From an uncultured virus (IMG/VR IMGVR_UViG_3300016464_000385) (Duplodnaviria > Heunggongvirae > Uroviricota > Caudoviricetes): a DNA stretch of 64,000 bases. The stretch lies in IMG/VR virus record IMGVR_UViG_3300016464_000385. The stretch is one strand, 5' to 3'. The notes beneath the pieces are model-generated. The model saw nothing but the letters and a program-made list of their open reading frames with translations, did not search any database and was not told the origin of the DNA. Each line of letters begins with the position of its first letter. Position 1 is the stretch's first letter. The translations under genes and the position numbers were made by a program. Shown here in pieces: positions 9,813 through 19,006 of this stretch.

Positions 9813-9844
9813 ATAATTCCTCTATAATATATTGTTTAAATCAA

Positions 9845-10381
9845 TTAACTTGTAATGCCATCTCTTGTCCAATATTGCATAGCAAAAGTAACAGGAAATT
9901 CCATAATAGCATTATTATTTCCCCAGTCTAATGGCATAGCGCCGACGTCTATAGGAAAACATCCAGTCATTTTATAGGTTGCTATTGGACTTCCAGCTTT
10001 ACCATATTGAACTACAGTAGCATCTTTTTGATAGTCTACTGGATTAACATAACCTCCCGCTCTTGTATTTTTTGTGTGAGAATTCATAGAATCCATCCAA
10101 GTTTCTAATATAGATCTTGGACCTATACCTGCACCAAAATCCCCTTCGTCCACTAAAACACTAACAGACCAATCAGCAAAATTTCTATTTCCTGCAAATT
10201 TAACTAGTCTCCCGAAATAATAAGCTCCGACCATTGACATATTAGAGCCTGGGATAGCAGTAGCTTTGGCTCTGATATTAAATGTATCTCCAACATGCGC
10301 AAAAGTAATTTCAAACAGGTTGGGTCTTGCACCATCCTGCCCCATTTTTGTAATAAAATCGTTGACGTTAAATACCGCCAT
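9845..10381 (-). CDS. gp19: Tail tube protein (gp19); start re-called to MAVFNV
   Basis: 'GARPNLFEI', 'FGRLVKFAGNRNF', 'FPIDVG..LDW'; AGGAGA RBS precedes the ATG at 10381. Confidence 0.95.
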   Translation of the reverse strand: MAVFNVNDFITKMGQDGARPNLFEITFAHVGDTFNIRAKATAIPGSNMSMVGAYYFGRLVKFAGNRNFADWSVSVLVDEGDFGAGIGPRSILETWMDSMNSHTKNTRAGGYVNPVDYQKDATVVQYGKAGSPIATYKMTGCFPIDVGAMPLDWGNNNAIMEFPVTFAMQYWTRDGITS

Positions 10382-10406
10382 AATTATTCTCCTTAAATGT
10401 TTTATA

Positions 10407-10414
10407 TATTTATA
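10407..10414 (-). promoter_or_regulatory. Late promoter TATAAATA for gp19
   Basis: Exact match 26 nt upstream of the gp19 ATG. Confidence 0.8.
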
Positions 10415-10437
10415 TGGCCAGGAAAAGCTCCTGGCCA
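10415..10437. terminator. GC-rich hairpin after gp18 (terminator or mRNA-stabilising stem)
   Basis: TGGCCAGGA-AAAGC-TCCTGGCCA perfect 9-bp inverted repeat; no clear U tail on the minus strand. Confidence 0.6.
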
Positions 10438-10451
10438 CTTATATTATTTGT

Positions 10452-13184
10452 TTATAGAACTAAAGTATTGAAATCAACTCCAGATTTAGATGCTATAAAG
10501 TTCAATTGGATGAAATTAATAGATCTAGCTGGTTTAATGTAAATATCTGCAATAAATCCGTTTGAATCTATTACAGAATCGGTATTGTTACTTTCGTCAC
10601 AAACAACTCTGAAATCGTAAATACCTCTTCTGCCTTGAACATCTCTCAAGAAAGGTTCTACGATAGAAACGAATCTTGCTCTTGTATAAGAATCATTCAT
10701 TTCAAACATTTGGAGTTTTGCTGCTCTGGAAATAGTTTTTTCTAGAGTTAAGAACAATCTTCTTACGTTTATTCTATCGAAAGCGCTGACTTTATTATAA
10801 AGCATTTTATCTCCAAATAATAAAGTTCCTTCGCCGGTTTGATATATTACTGGATTAACACCCTTTCTGTATAGAAGATCTCTATTAGTTTTATCAGCGT
10901 TCCAACCCAATTTGGTTACGTTCATGATTTTTCCTCTAGTATATCCTGCTGGAGAATACCAAGGGTCTTGATTTTTATCAGTTCTTGAACATAAACCTGC
11001 AATATCGCCGTTTAAAGGAATCCAGCGATAAATTTTCATCTTAGGATCATATTGATATTTCCAATTGTTATCCATAAAGACATAAGAAGAACTTATACCT
11101 AAATTAGAAACATAATTTAGGATATCATCAGATTCTGATCCATCGTTATCTATAACGTCTCCTGATTTTGGAGAAATAAACATGACGCAATCTTTACGTT
11201 TATCTACAACATTATCAAAAACGTAATTAATCAAAGTCGTATTAGAACTATATCCGCCAGTTAATACTAAATCATAATCATAATTTTCAGCAGATTTTAT
11301 AGAATCCCATCCGTCAATTATTTTAGAAGTATCTGGAGAAGAATTATATCCGCCATTGAAAGATAGATAAACATTATCGGTTTTAGCGAAATTAATTACT
11401 TCATCAATCTTTTTACCCCAAGTTAATTCAGTATTTTTTTGATCTATAAAATCAGAAGCATATATGTAGTCTGAATATTGGTTTATATAATCAACATAAT
11501 AATAATTTCTTCCGTTTGGACCAATTACATCAGAACCTTTGGATAAAGCTGTGAACTTTTCTAATACAGTTCCTGGACTTCCTGTGAACAATCCTTTGCT
11601 ATCTATGACAACAATATGTAATTCGTCGTCTTGTCCATAAATTTCATTAGAAGAATCAGAATAAATTCTATCTTCAACATATTGAGAAGTTCCAGGAGCT
11701 TCGTCGAATAAAGAAGAATAGTCAAAATTAGTCGTCGGGTCTATCCAGCTAGTAAATTTTGCTGAAGAAGAGCAAACGCTAACTCTAATCGAATCTCCCA
11801 TTTTACCAGGATATCTTGCTACGAAAGGACCATACTTAGAATAAGCATCGTTATTAAATATATTTTTAGAATTAAAATCATCAATATTTTTTATGTATAA
11901 ATCGCTGGTATAAGCAACAGATTTAAACGATAATTGTTCTCCGGCAGTTACAGCAATAGGTAGAGTTTCTTGCAATAATACGGAAACGTTGCTTCCGTCG
12001 TTAGTAGCATCTAATACAGTGCCAAGAAGAATTTCTGTGGATAATCTTGCAGTTGTATCATTACTAGTATATTCAGACGGCCCCGAAGTTGCTGAAATTG
12101 CTTGTTCTGCTTGAGCTCCCCACATATATAAACCTTGAGTGGTTCCGTTCCCTGCCCAATTAGTAAATACTGAATTGTTTCCTTGAATAACTCTGAATAT
12201 ATGGAAACCATTATTCGCTGAATCTTCTCCAACGACACCAGTAACAGAACATCTATACCACCCATTACCCGCTGAAGAAATTGTTGCATTATTTGCGTAA
12301 GTTCTTGCTGAACCATAGCTATAAGTATTAGCAACAGTTCCTGTGCTACTTAAAACGAAGTTAGCTCTAAAGCTTGTTCCAGTTTTTTTTGCATTATAAA
12401 GTTGCATAGCTACGTTTGTAATACCCCCAGAAGGTTTTAGATACACTGACCAGCAAATTGGTTTTGTGCTATCTAATGGATATCCTGTAATAACACCATT
12501 ATTTACAGTATATCCTTCTACTGAAATCCAAGAAGCTTGATTAGGAGCTTGCCAACGTTCAATATAATGTTGACTGACTTCGGTATTAGCTAATATTAAA
12601 TCAGAATTAGAAGAAAGATCTGGAGCTGCGGTTCCTGTACTATTAGGAACTGAGATCATCTTACTTTTCCACCAAACCAAATGATCGAATTTTTCTGTTC
12701 TCGTTAAAATATTGTTATAAGGTTTTTTATAAGCTAACATTTCAGGTATAATATTAGCAGTAAAATTATTATAACTTAAAGTGATAATATTTTCTTCTGT
12801 TGTAGCGCTTAATACTGCTGCATTAGAAGTAGTTTTTCCTTCTTTCAGAGTAGTATATATTCCAGATAATCCATAAGAATTTCTAGAAGAATCAGAAGTT
12901 TCTCTTACAACATATAATAAACTAGATCCATATCCAAGAAAATTTGAACAAGTAAAATAAGAACTGCCTATATCAGAAACTGGTAAAGTGTTTGTAGGGG
13001 ATCTAAATAGAGTTGTTAGTTGCCCAGTGCTTGATACTAAAGTTGGTTTGTGTACTGGACCCCAAGAAAATTCTCCGACAAAAGCCCCTATTGTTGGACT
13101 TCCTGGAGCCACAGTTGATTGAGTTAAATCCAATTCGTTTATTACGATACCTGGACTAACTTGGTTTATAACATTTATAGCCAT
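10452..13184 (-). CDS. gp18: Tail sheath protein (gp18), enlarged by an internal insertion
   Basis: 'SPGIVINELDLT', 'FSWGPV', 'ARYPG', 'DELHIVVID', 'PWYSPAGYTRG', 'FDRINVRRLF', 'IKPARSINFIQLNF'. Confidence 0.97.
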   Translation of the reverse strand: MAINVINQVSPGIVINELDLTQSTVAPGSPTIGAFVGEFSWGPVHKPTLVSSTGQLTTLFRSPTNTLPVSDIGSSYFTCSNFLGYGSSLLYVVRETSDSSRNSYGLSGIYTTLKEGKTTSNAAVLSATTEENIITLSYNNFTANIIPEMLAYKKPYNNILTRTEKFDHLVWWKSKMISVPNSTGTAAPDLSSNSDLILANTEVSQHYIERWQAPNQASWISVEGYTVNNGVITGYPLDSTKPICWSVYLKPSGGITNVAMQLYNAKKTGTSFRANFVLSSTGTVANTYSYGSARTYANNATISSAGNGWYRCSVTGVVGEDSANNGFHIFRVIQGNNSVFTNWAGNGTTQGLYMWGAQAEQAISATSGPSEYTSNDTTARLSTEILLGTVLDATNDGSNVSVLLQETLPIAVTAGEQLSFKSVAYTSDLYIKNIDDFNSKNIFNNDAYSKYGPFVARYPGKMGDSIRVSVCSSSAKFTSWIDPTTNFDYSSLFDEAPGTSQYVEDRIYSDSSNEIYGQDDELHIVVIDSKGLFTGSPGTVLEKFTALSKGSDVIGPNGRNYYYVDYINQYSDYIYASDFIDQKNTELTWGKKIDEVINFAKTDNVYLSFNGGYNSSPDTSKIIDGWDSIKSAENYDYDLVLTGGYSSNTTLINYVFDNVVDKRKDCVMFISPKSGDVIDNDGSESDDILNYVSNLGISSSYVFMDNNWKYQYDPKMKIYRWIPLNGDIAGLCSRTDKNQDPWYSPAGYTRGKIMNVTKLGWNADKTNRDLLYRKGVNPVIYQTGEGTLLFGDKMLYNKVSAFDRINVRRLFLTLEKTISRAAKLQMFEMNDSYTRARFVSIVEPFLRDVQGRRGIYDFRVVCDESNNTDSVIDSNGFIADIYIKPARSINFIQLNFIASKSGVDFNTLVL

Positions 13185-13231
13185 AAATCATCTTCTCCTT
13201 TATAAAAAAATGAATAAAAATATACTATTAT

Positions 13232-13239
13232 TATTTAGT
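13232..13239 (-). promoter_or_regulatory. Probable late promoter variant (ACTAAATA) for gp18
   Basis: TATTTAGT on the plus strand about 48 nt upstream of the gp18 ATG; imperfect match. Confidence 0.5.
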
Positions 13240-13259
13240 AAAATGGACTTTTTAACGAC

Positions 13260-13267
13260 TATAAATA
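13260..13267 (+). promoter_or_regulatory. Late promoter TATAAATA pointing into a region with no credible ORF
   Basis: Exact consensus match on the plus strand, divergent from gp18. Confidence 0.7.
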
Positions 13268-13271
13268 ATAT

Positions 13272-13650
13272 AACATAAAGACGACTTGCGTTCGATTTTA
13301 TCGTTCGAAAAATCTAGTACGCCGCCGAAATACCTACCTTTCGGTCAAGAGGACCATTTTTGTATCCTTCCGTAGCCAATCGGTAAATCCTCCTAGACAA
13401 GGAAAACTATTCGAAGGTCGAGGTTTCCTATTGTCAAAAAAAAGAATATATATTTTAATAATTGTTCTGTGTGTTATTAAAATATGCCGCTGGGATACGC
13501 ATAGCAGCAGTAAAAGGTACAGCCCAACCGCCAATTCCTATAAATTAGGTTTGCTTACAGAAAATTCGAATATGGCTCCGTTTAGCATAAAAAGAGAATA
13601 CTTTGTCCGAACTAGGGCATAGTATTCTCCATTCACCGTTTAGCAACGTT
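13272..13650 (+). ncRNA. Candidate large structured non-coding RNA, family not identified
   Basis: About 39% GC by hand count (144/370 over 13281-13650) in an otherwise very AT-rich intergenic context; at least five stems, a possible loop-distal pseudoknot pairing, an upstream late promoter, and no convincing ORF. Confidence 0.65.
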
Positions 13651-13653
13651 TAA

Positions 13654-15360
13654 TTAAAACATAGTTCCATTATTATCAAAAAATGAACTAAGAAATTCAT
13701 CATATGAAGTTTTTGAATTACCAAAAACCCAAACAGAATCATCTTCTATGAAATGAGGAATTTCTCTTCCATTAGTTGGAGAAATAACAGGTAAGTTTTC
13801 TTCATCCGGTACTTCAAAATGTTCAGCTTGTAATTGTTTCCTTAGATCATGTTCTAATATATCTTTAAATACTTTTTGTGTTGATAACCATCCGAATAAT
13901 ACTAGAGTCATTGCTAAATCATCATTACAACCTTCTTCAGCTTTATATGATGGTCCTTCTTGAACAAATGTTGTTAATTCAGATATTGTTTCAAAATCGT
14001 TTATTACAAGTTTATCGTTTTCTATTAAAGTTTTTAACATTGAACAACCGATTCGTTTTACTAATGGAGTCATTTTAACTCCTGAGGCAGTATTTTTACC
14101 CCATTGTAAACAAACTTGTTGAGCTTTCTTATTACCAGATTTTACTCTAAATACATTTTCATATCCTAGATCTTCTATTAATACATCTGCTACTTGAGGA
14201 GTATTATTTACTTCAATTAGTACAAATGCATTATTATAATATTCTGCGCTTGCTTTAATTACAGAAGGATATAATATAGTTGGGATAGAATTATTTCTAT
14301 ATACAGCAACTTGTTTATAAGGCATACAAGAAACATCAATAACAGAAAATGCAGAATAATCTAAATTTTTACCTTCAGATACATCTACGTTAATAACATA
14401 TACATGTTCTTTAGTTTCTAATTTACCTGTATATTCATCATACGTTTCTTTTACTGGTTCTTCATAAACAATCATATCAGAATATTCTGTTAATTGTTCT
14501 TTATAAGGCAGAGAAGCTAATTTTTCTCCGGAAATAAGAGTATTTGTTGAACCTAAAAATTCGCATTCAAATTCTTGATTCCATTGCCTTTGGCTTGTAT
14601 TCTTGATCGTTTGTTCTTTAAACTTTTCATCTCTTCCTGGAACCATTGACCAATGAATACTAAACGTATTATATTCATTTCTTTTCGCCAGAGCATCAGT
14701 CCACATTTTATAGAATAGATTCATACCGTTTGGAGTAGAAACGATAATCATCTTAGTGGTTTTACCCGATGATATTACGGGATAGACAGAGGTAAAGAAG
14801 TTTTCTGCGATACTATTAGGAACGAATCCAAATTCATCAAGAAATACTAGAGTAAAAGATCCTCCTCGGATAGCATTAGAGGAAGTTGCTGATGCTAATA
14901 CTTTTGATCCATTTTCCAATTCTATATTACGTTTATTCCATACTTTAATTCCTTGTTGAAGCCACATAGGAAGATTTTCGTATGCTAATTGGTATCTATC
15001 TAGAATTTCCTGCGCAAGATCTCCTTTATTCGCAAGAATAGCAATATTTTGATCTGGGTTAAATAGAGACAACCATAATATATACGAAACAGAAGAAATT
15101 GTTTTACCAACCTGTCGAGGACATTTAACAATACTGAATCTGTTATTGTTAAAAGTGTTGATCATATCTCTCTGGAAATCCCACATATCAAAAGGAATTA
15201 CGCCTCTATCAACATGGACGATTTTCACATAATTTTCTATGAAGTATATTGGATCATTAGAACATTTAATATATTCAGATAATTGATCTTCATTGAATTC
15301 AAATTGAACCCCCTCTCTTTTTAATAGAGGATTAGCGCGATAGGAACTTTCTACCGTCAT
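13654..15360 (-). CDS. gp17: Terminase large subunit (gp17)
   Basis: 'CPRQVGKT' Walker A, 'LVFLDEFGF' Walker B, 'IIVSTPNG', nuclease acidic motifs 'VDVSEG..LDYS' and 'NDDLAM'. Confidence 0.98.
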   Translation of the reverse strand: MTVESSYRANPLLKREGVQFEFNEDQLSEYIKCSNDPIYFIENYVKIVHVDRGVIPFDMWDFQRDMINTFNNNRFSIVKCPRQVGKTISSVSYILWLSLFNPDQNIAILANKGDLAQEILDRYQLAYENLPMWLQQGIKVWNKRNIELENGSKVLASATSSNAIRGGSFTLVFLDEFGFVPNSIAENFFTSVYPVISSGKTTKMIIVSTPNGMNLFYKMWTDALAKRNEYNTFSIHWSMVPGRDEKFKEQTIKNTSQRQWNQEFECEFLGSTNTLISGEKLASLPYKEQLTEYSDMIVYEEPVKETYDEYTGKLETKEHVYVINVDVSEGKNLDYSAFSVIDVSCMPYKQVAVYRNNSIPTILYPSVIKASAEYYNNAFVLIEVNNTPQVADVLIEDLGYENVFRVKSGNKKAQQVCLQWGKNTASGVKMTPLVKRIGCSMLKTLIENDKLVINDFETISELTTFVQEGPSYKAEEGCNDDLAMTLVLFGWLSTQKVFKDILEHDLRKQLQAEHFEVPDEENLPVISPTNGREIPHFIEDDSVWVFGNSKTSYDEFLSSFFDNNGTMF

Positions 15361-15788
15361 GGAGTAATATCCTTCTCTTTTAATTCTTTAACCATTTTAG
15401 CAAGTTCTGCTGTAGAGCCAACAAACAAAGCGTTTTTTATGGTCGTATTTTCTTTTGTTTTGTGGTTAGTTATTTCGCGGATTTTTTTGTGAAGATCTAT
15501 TACTTTTTCATTTGCGTCTACTACTGTTTTTAGTAGAGTTGCCGCAACTTCAAAATCTCTGCCTCGTTCCGATTCACGAGCTATAGATAGAATATCATCG
15601 AGAGCGTGTTTTCCTTTTTCTATCAATTCGTCTAGGTTTTCTCGAGTTTTTTCATAATCAGCTTTTAGATCTTTTTCTAGATCTTCGAATACTGCTGGAG
15701 GATTCTTTTCATAATTTACAGGAAAATTTTCTTCTTTAGTAGATTCGACATTGAAAAAATTTTCCATTTTTTCATCAAAAGTTTTCAT
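15357..15788 (-). CDS. gp16: Terminase small subunit (gp16)
   Basis: 'DYEKTRENL', 'FEVAATLLK', 'NALFVGSTAEL'; overlaps the gp17 start. Confidence 0.92.
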   Translation of the reverse strand: MKTFDEKMENFFNVESTKEENFPVNYEKNPPAVFEDLEKDLKADYEKTRENLDELIEKGKHALDDILSIARESERGRDFEVAATLLKTVVDANEKVIDLHKKIREITNHKTKENTTIKNALFVGSTAELAKMVKELKEKDITP

Positions 15789-15793
15789 AATAA

Positions 15794-16801
15794 TTAATAT
15801 CCTATTATTGCTGTATTAACTGTCCAATTAGAATTAGCTGTTGCATTAATCGGGTTTAATGTTTGAATTATAGTTACTGCATTAGCAGAACCTTCTGTTT
15901 GACTTTCAACGATAAAATTGGATAAAGTTTGTTGTCCAATTAAAGGTTGATTAACTTTTATATTACCTGTTTGCAGATATAATACCAATATACAATTTAC
16001 AGGATCCCAAGAATAAACTCTAGCGGAAAAATATGAATTATCTAAATTAATCCCTTGATATACCACTTCATTATATTTGTATCCTCCATATCCACCTGAT
16101 GTCATTTTATACGAAAATACTAATTCAGGAGCTTCTATTATATTAGTAGTCATATTTGATGTGAAATGAAGAGTTTGATTTCTTATTATAGAGGAAGAAA
16201 CGTCCTTCATTCCGCCAAAAATAAATGCTTTAGCTGTAAAAGATAAAGTCCAAAAAACAGTTCTGGCTTCTGTATTAAATAGTCCTCCGGAATCTATGAG
16301 ACTTTGTGTTTGATTAAGAATTATTGGTATATTTCTTATTATGCTCAGTTCTGGAACCATATTTATTTTTATGGTATAATCCGGAGTAAAGTAAGGTATA
16401 ATTTGTTCTAATATTTGATTTCCATCTTCTATTGTTCTTGTGTATATAGTTAAAGAAAAATCAAAATCATAAGGAACTGGGTTATATTGAAAGAAGGTTT
16501 TATCTTCTACAGAACCAAACGTCTTGTTATTGGTATTTAATTTTCTACTTGCATCATATCTAAACCCATTGAGTTCATAAGACATCCTGGGTAAAGTTAT
16601 TTGAATCTTCTTATCTAATTCTTGATCGCCTTGTAGACGTTTGATATATTTTTCTTTATCCGCAAATTCGAGAGGAACTATTATTCTTTGATTTTCGCTT
16701 CCATCAGTATTTTCTCTAATTAACATTATATTATTAAACAGAGAAGCAAATCCTGCGGTAATTTTTCTTATGGATTTATGATAGTGAGTTAACGTTGACA
16801 T
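15794..16801 (-). CDS. gp15: Tail sheath stabiliser/terminator (gp15)
   Basis: 'FASLFNNI', 'ITLPRMSYE', 'PVPYDF', 'QILEQIIPYFTP'. Confidence 0.93.
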   Translation of the reverse strand: MSTLTHYHKSIRKITAGFASLFNNIMLIRENTDGSENQRIIVPLEFADKEKYIKRLQGDQELDKKIQITLPRMSYELNGFRYDASRKLNTNNKTFGSVEDKTFFQYNPVPYDFDFSLTIYTRTIEDGNQILEQIIPYFTPDYTIKINMVPELSIIRNIPIILNQTQSLIDSGGLFNTEARTVFWTLSFTAKAFIFGGMKDVSSSIIRNQTLHFTSNMTTNIIEAPELVFSYKMTSGGYGGYKYNEVVYQGINLDNSYFSARVYSWDPVNCILVLYLQTGNIKVNQPLIGQQTLSNFIVESQTEGSANAVTIIQTLNPINATANSNWTVNTAIIGY

Positions 16802-17664
16802 TATAAAGTACCGAATGGGTTATTTTCTGAAGTATCAATAATATCAAAAACTTCGTTCTCAATAACTTTATTATCCCAAACTTCTCTTATTTGAGGATTA
16901 CTAAATTCGTCATATTCTACCATAATATAAGAAGCTCCGCTGGAATTTCCTATGATATTTGAATTAGAAACAAATGTTCCTGATATATTCGTTAGTTTTA
17001 TTGTATTATTTGGAGAGTTCCATTCTTGGAGTATAGCTGTACATATTGCATTTGCGTATGTATTTCCTTGATACACCACTTCTCTTGTTATATAATCTAT
17101 GTTATTTCCAGAACCTAGCGTATATTCTATCGCATAAGCATCGAATTCATTAACAAAATCAATCTCATCCAACCCAGTATCAATCTTATCATGAGAATAT
17201 TTAAATAATTCTATTTCTAATTCCCAACTGTAAGGTTGTTTTCTCCCTAAAGTGAAATAATCTGTTGCATCGTTTACATATTTAATTTCGTATAATTCTC
17301 CAGTTCCTGATAGGAATGGTATATAAATTAAATCCCCTTCTCTTGGTCTAGAATAAGGAACTGAGCTAAACGCTCTTCTGGGTAATTGGACTCTACTATT
17401 GTTTTTTATTTCCAAACCAAATTTCGTGAAGAAGTCATTATTCATTCCAGGGTCTACTGAATTTGATAGATATAATTCTATTGAATACGAATCAGTAAAA
17501 ACCTTCAGAGGATCGTCTCCATATAATAAATCTCTTGACGCTTCATTAGTATTTGGTATGTAATATCCATCAAAACCCATAATACTAACTGCTTCGTGTA
17601 TTAAAGTTTCAACTAAATTTTGTTCTGATTCAGAACTATAATTTCTAAAATATGGAGAAGTCAT
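16801..17664 (-). CDS. gp14: Neck protein (gp14)
   Basis: 'EQNLVETLIHEA', 'FTKFGLEI', 'RPREGDLIYIP', ends 'SENNPFG'. Confidence 0.93.
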   Translation of the reverse strand: MTSPYFRNYSSESEQNLVETLIHEAVSIMGFDGYYIPNTNEASRDLLYGDDPLKVFTDSYSIELYLSNSVDPGMNNDFFTKFGLEIKNNSRVQLPRRAFSSVPYSRPREGDLIYIPFLSGTGELYEIKYVNDATDYFTLGRKQPYSWELEIELFKYSHDKIDTGLDEIDFVNEFDAYAIEYTLGSGNNIDYITREVVYQGNTYANAICTAILQEWNSPNNTIKLTNISGTFVSNSNIIGNSSGASYIMVEYDEFSNPQIREVWDNKVIENEVFDIIDTSENNPFGTL

Positions 17665-17668
17665 TAAA

Positions 17669-18415
17669 TTATCCCATCATAAACTGTGGAGGCAATTCGT
17701 AAGAATTTTGCATTTCGGTTTCTAATTGCAAAATTTCCGCTTTGGCATCTTCATATATTGAATCGCCGTTTAATTGCACGCCGCCAGGGAGAGTTATTCC
17801 TCTAAATTTACGGAGATTTTCGCCCCATTGTCTTTTTATTTGAGCCGTGGCATATCTTTTAATCCACCTATCATCATATACTTTTGTATATACTTCAGGA
17901 TCTATCATTTTATATCCTTCTAAAACTATTACAGTTCCTTCCGGCAATTCAGAACTTCCCCAAGAAAGATCTAGATACACTCTATCCGTATGTCTTTGGT
18001 ATCTGATTGGGATTTCTCCGCTGAATAATAATTCCAGAGAACGAAGGTGTTGCATAGTCATTGTATAGTTGAGCATATTAACAGAAGTAAAGTCCCATAA
18101 TTCATGGAGCCTCAACTGATATCTTATATCCCACATATAAGATTTTGTCCATGTAGAGGAGAGTGGGAATAATCTTGTTATTCCTATGATACCATCATCA
18201 ACAGTTAGATATTTATTTTCAATATCTTGCTGAGTAACTTCGTGCTTCCAATACATAGTTTCCACGGCATCATAGTGATAATCTGTATAATATTGGAAAG
18301 CGTCGGCTATTCTATCTTCTATTTGATCTTCAGATATGTTTATCTCGATTACAGGATACCCTAATCTTCTTAAACAATAATCTTTTAATTCTTGTCTAGA
18401 TCTTATTTGAGCCAT
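17669..18415 (-). CDS. gp13: Neck protein (gp13)
   Basis: 'ELKDYCLRRLGYPVIEIN', 'WIKRYATAQIKRQWGENL', 'LPGGVQLNG'. Confidence 0.95.
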   Translation of the reverse strand: MAQIRSRQELKDYCLRRLGYPVIEINISEDQIEDRIADAFQYYTDYHYDAVETMYWKHEVTQQDIENKYLTVDDGIIGITRLFPLSSTWTKSYMWDIRYQLRLHELWDFTSVNMLNYTMTMQHLRSLELLFSGEIPIRYQRHTDRVYLDLSWGSSELPEGTVIVLEGYKMIDPEVYTKVYDDRWIKRYATAQIKRQWGENLRKFRGITLPGGVQLNGDSIYEDAKAEILQLETEMQNSYELPPQFMMG

Positions 18416-18445
18416 TTTAATTCTTCTATGGTATTGGTAATATAT

Positions 18446-18453
18446 TATTTATA
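18446..18453 (-). promoter_or_regulatory. Late promoter TATAAATA for the gp13-gp17 operon
   Basis: Exact match 31 nt upstream of gp13. Confidence 0.8.
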
Positions 18454-18462
18454 AAAAAGAAA

Positions 18463-18612
18463 TTAGATTATTTCAACGTCAGTTATATTATTAGCAGGTA
18501 ATAATATTTCGACAAATTTTATATAATTTTCGCCGGAAGAATCTTGTATAATAGCTTCTTTTATATATTTTGTATTAGGCGTTTCTGAAATTTTTACAAA
18601 CTTTATGTCCAT
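18463..18612 (-). CDS. Small 49-aa ORF (MDIKFVKISETPNTK...) missed by the ORF track
   Basis: ATG directly follows the TAA of the upstream gene (TAAATG) and the ORF fills the intergenic gap. Confidence 0.5.
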   Translation of the reverse strand: MDIKFVKISETPNTKYIKEAIIQDSSGENYIKFVEILLPANNITDVEII

Positions 18613-18948
18613 TTATTTTGTTATATTTGGTGTTATTTCCAGAGTTCCTTCTACTGCTCTAGTTTTAACTCCAAGAGAACTAGAATATATTAATATATCA
18701 TACATATATTTTCCGGGAGATATATTTGCTGTGGCGCTATATGGTAGAGTTATGGTTATAGTACCATTTGCTGCATCTTGTATATTACAAACGAATGTAG
18801 CAGCTACTTCTTGATTATGAGATTTACGAATCTGAGAATTCGCTATATATCCTGTCAAATCGAATGGAGATTTATTTGAATCTAGAAGAATAACTGTTCT
18901 TTCGTATGTAGAATACTGATCAACAGTTAAATTTTTTACTACTGCCAT
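18613..18948 (-). CDS. Small virion adaptor protein (BppU N-terminal-like)
   Basis: 'NLTVDQ', 'PFDLTGY...QIRKS', 'GKYMYDI', 'RAVEG..EITP' pattern seen in T4-like structural hypotheticals. Confidence 0.65.
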   Translation of the reverse strand: MAVVKNLTVDQYSTYERTVILLDSNKSPFDLTGYIANSQIRKSHNQEVAATFVCNIQDAANGTITITLPYSATANISPGKYMYDILIYSSSLGVKTRAVEGTLEITPNITK

Positions 18949-18980
18949 TTTTATTTCCTGATTAAAACTATATACAATAC

Positions 18981-18988
18981 TATTTATA
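18981..18988 (-). promoter_or_regulatory. Late promoter TATAAATA
   Basis: Exact match upstream of 18613..18948. Confidence 0.75.
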
Positions 18989-19006
18989 TAATTTTATTGG
19001 AGCTTT

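Noticed and set aside
10382..10438. N-terminal extension of gp19 in the ORF track
   Set aside because: Runs through the hairpin and late promoter; the RBS supports the ATG at 10381
13334..13622. Small ORFs 13334..13534 (-) and 13431..13622 (+) in the gp18-gp17 spacer
   Set aside because: Short, mutually overlapping, no clear RBS, atypical composition; the stems explain the region better
8151..15360. Introns, inteins or homing endonucleases in portal, sheath or terminase
   Set aside because: Portal and terminase are normal length and uninterrupted; the gp18 insertion lacks intein C/S...HN ends and LAGLIDADG/HNH motifs
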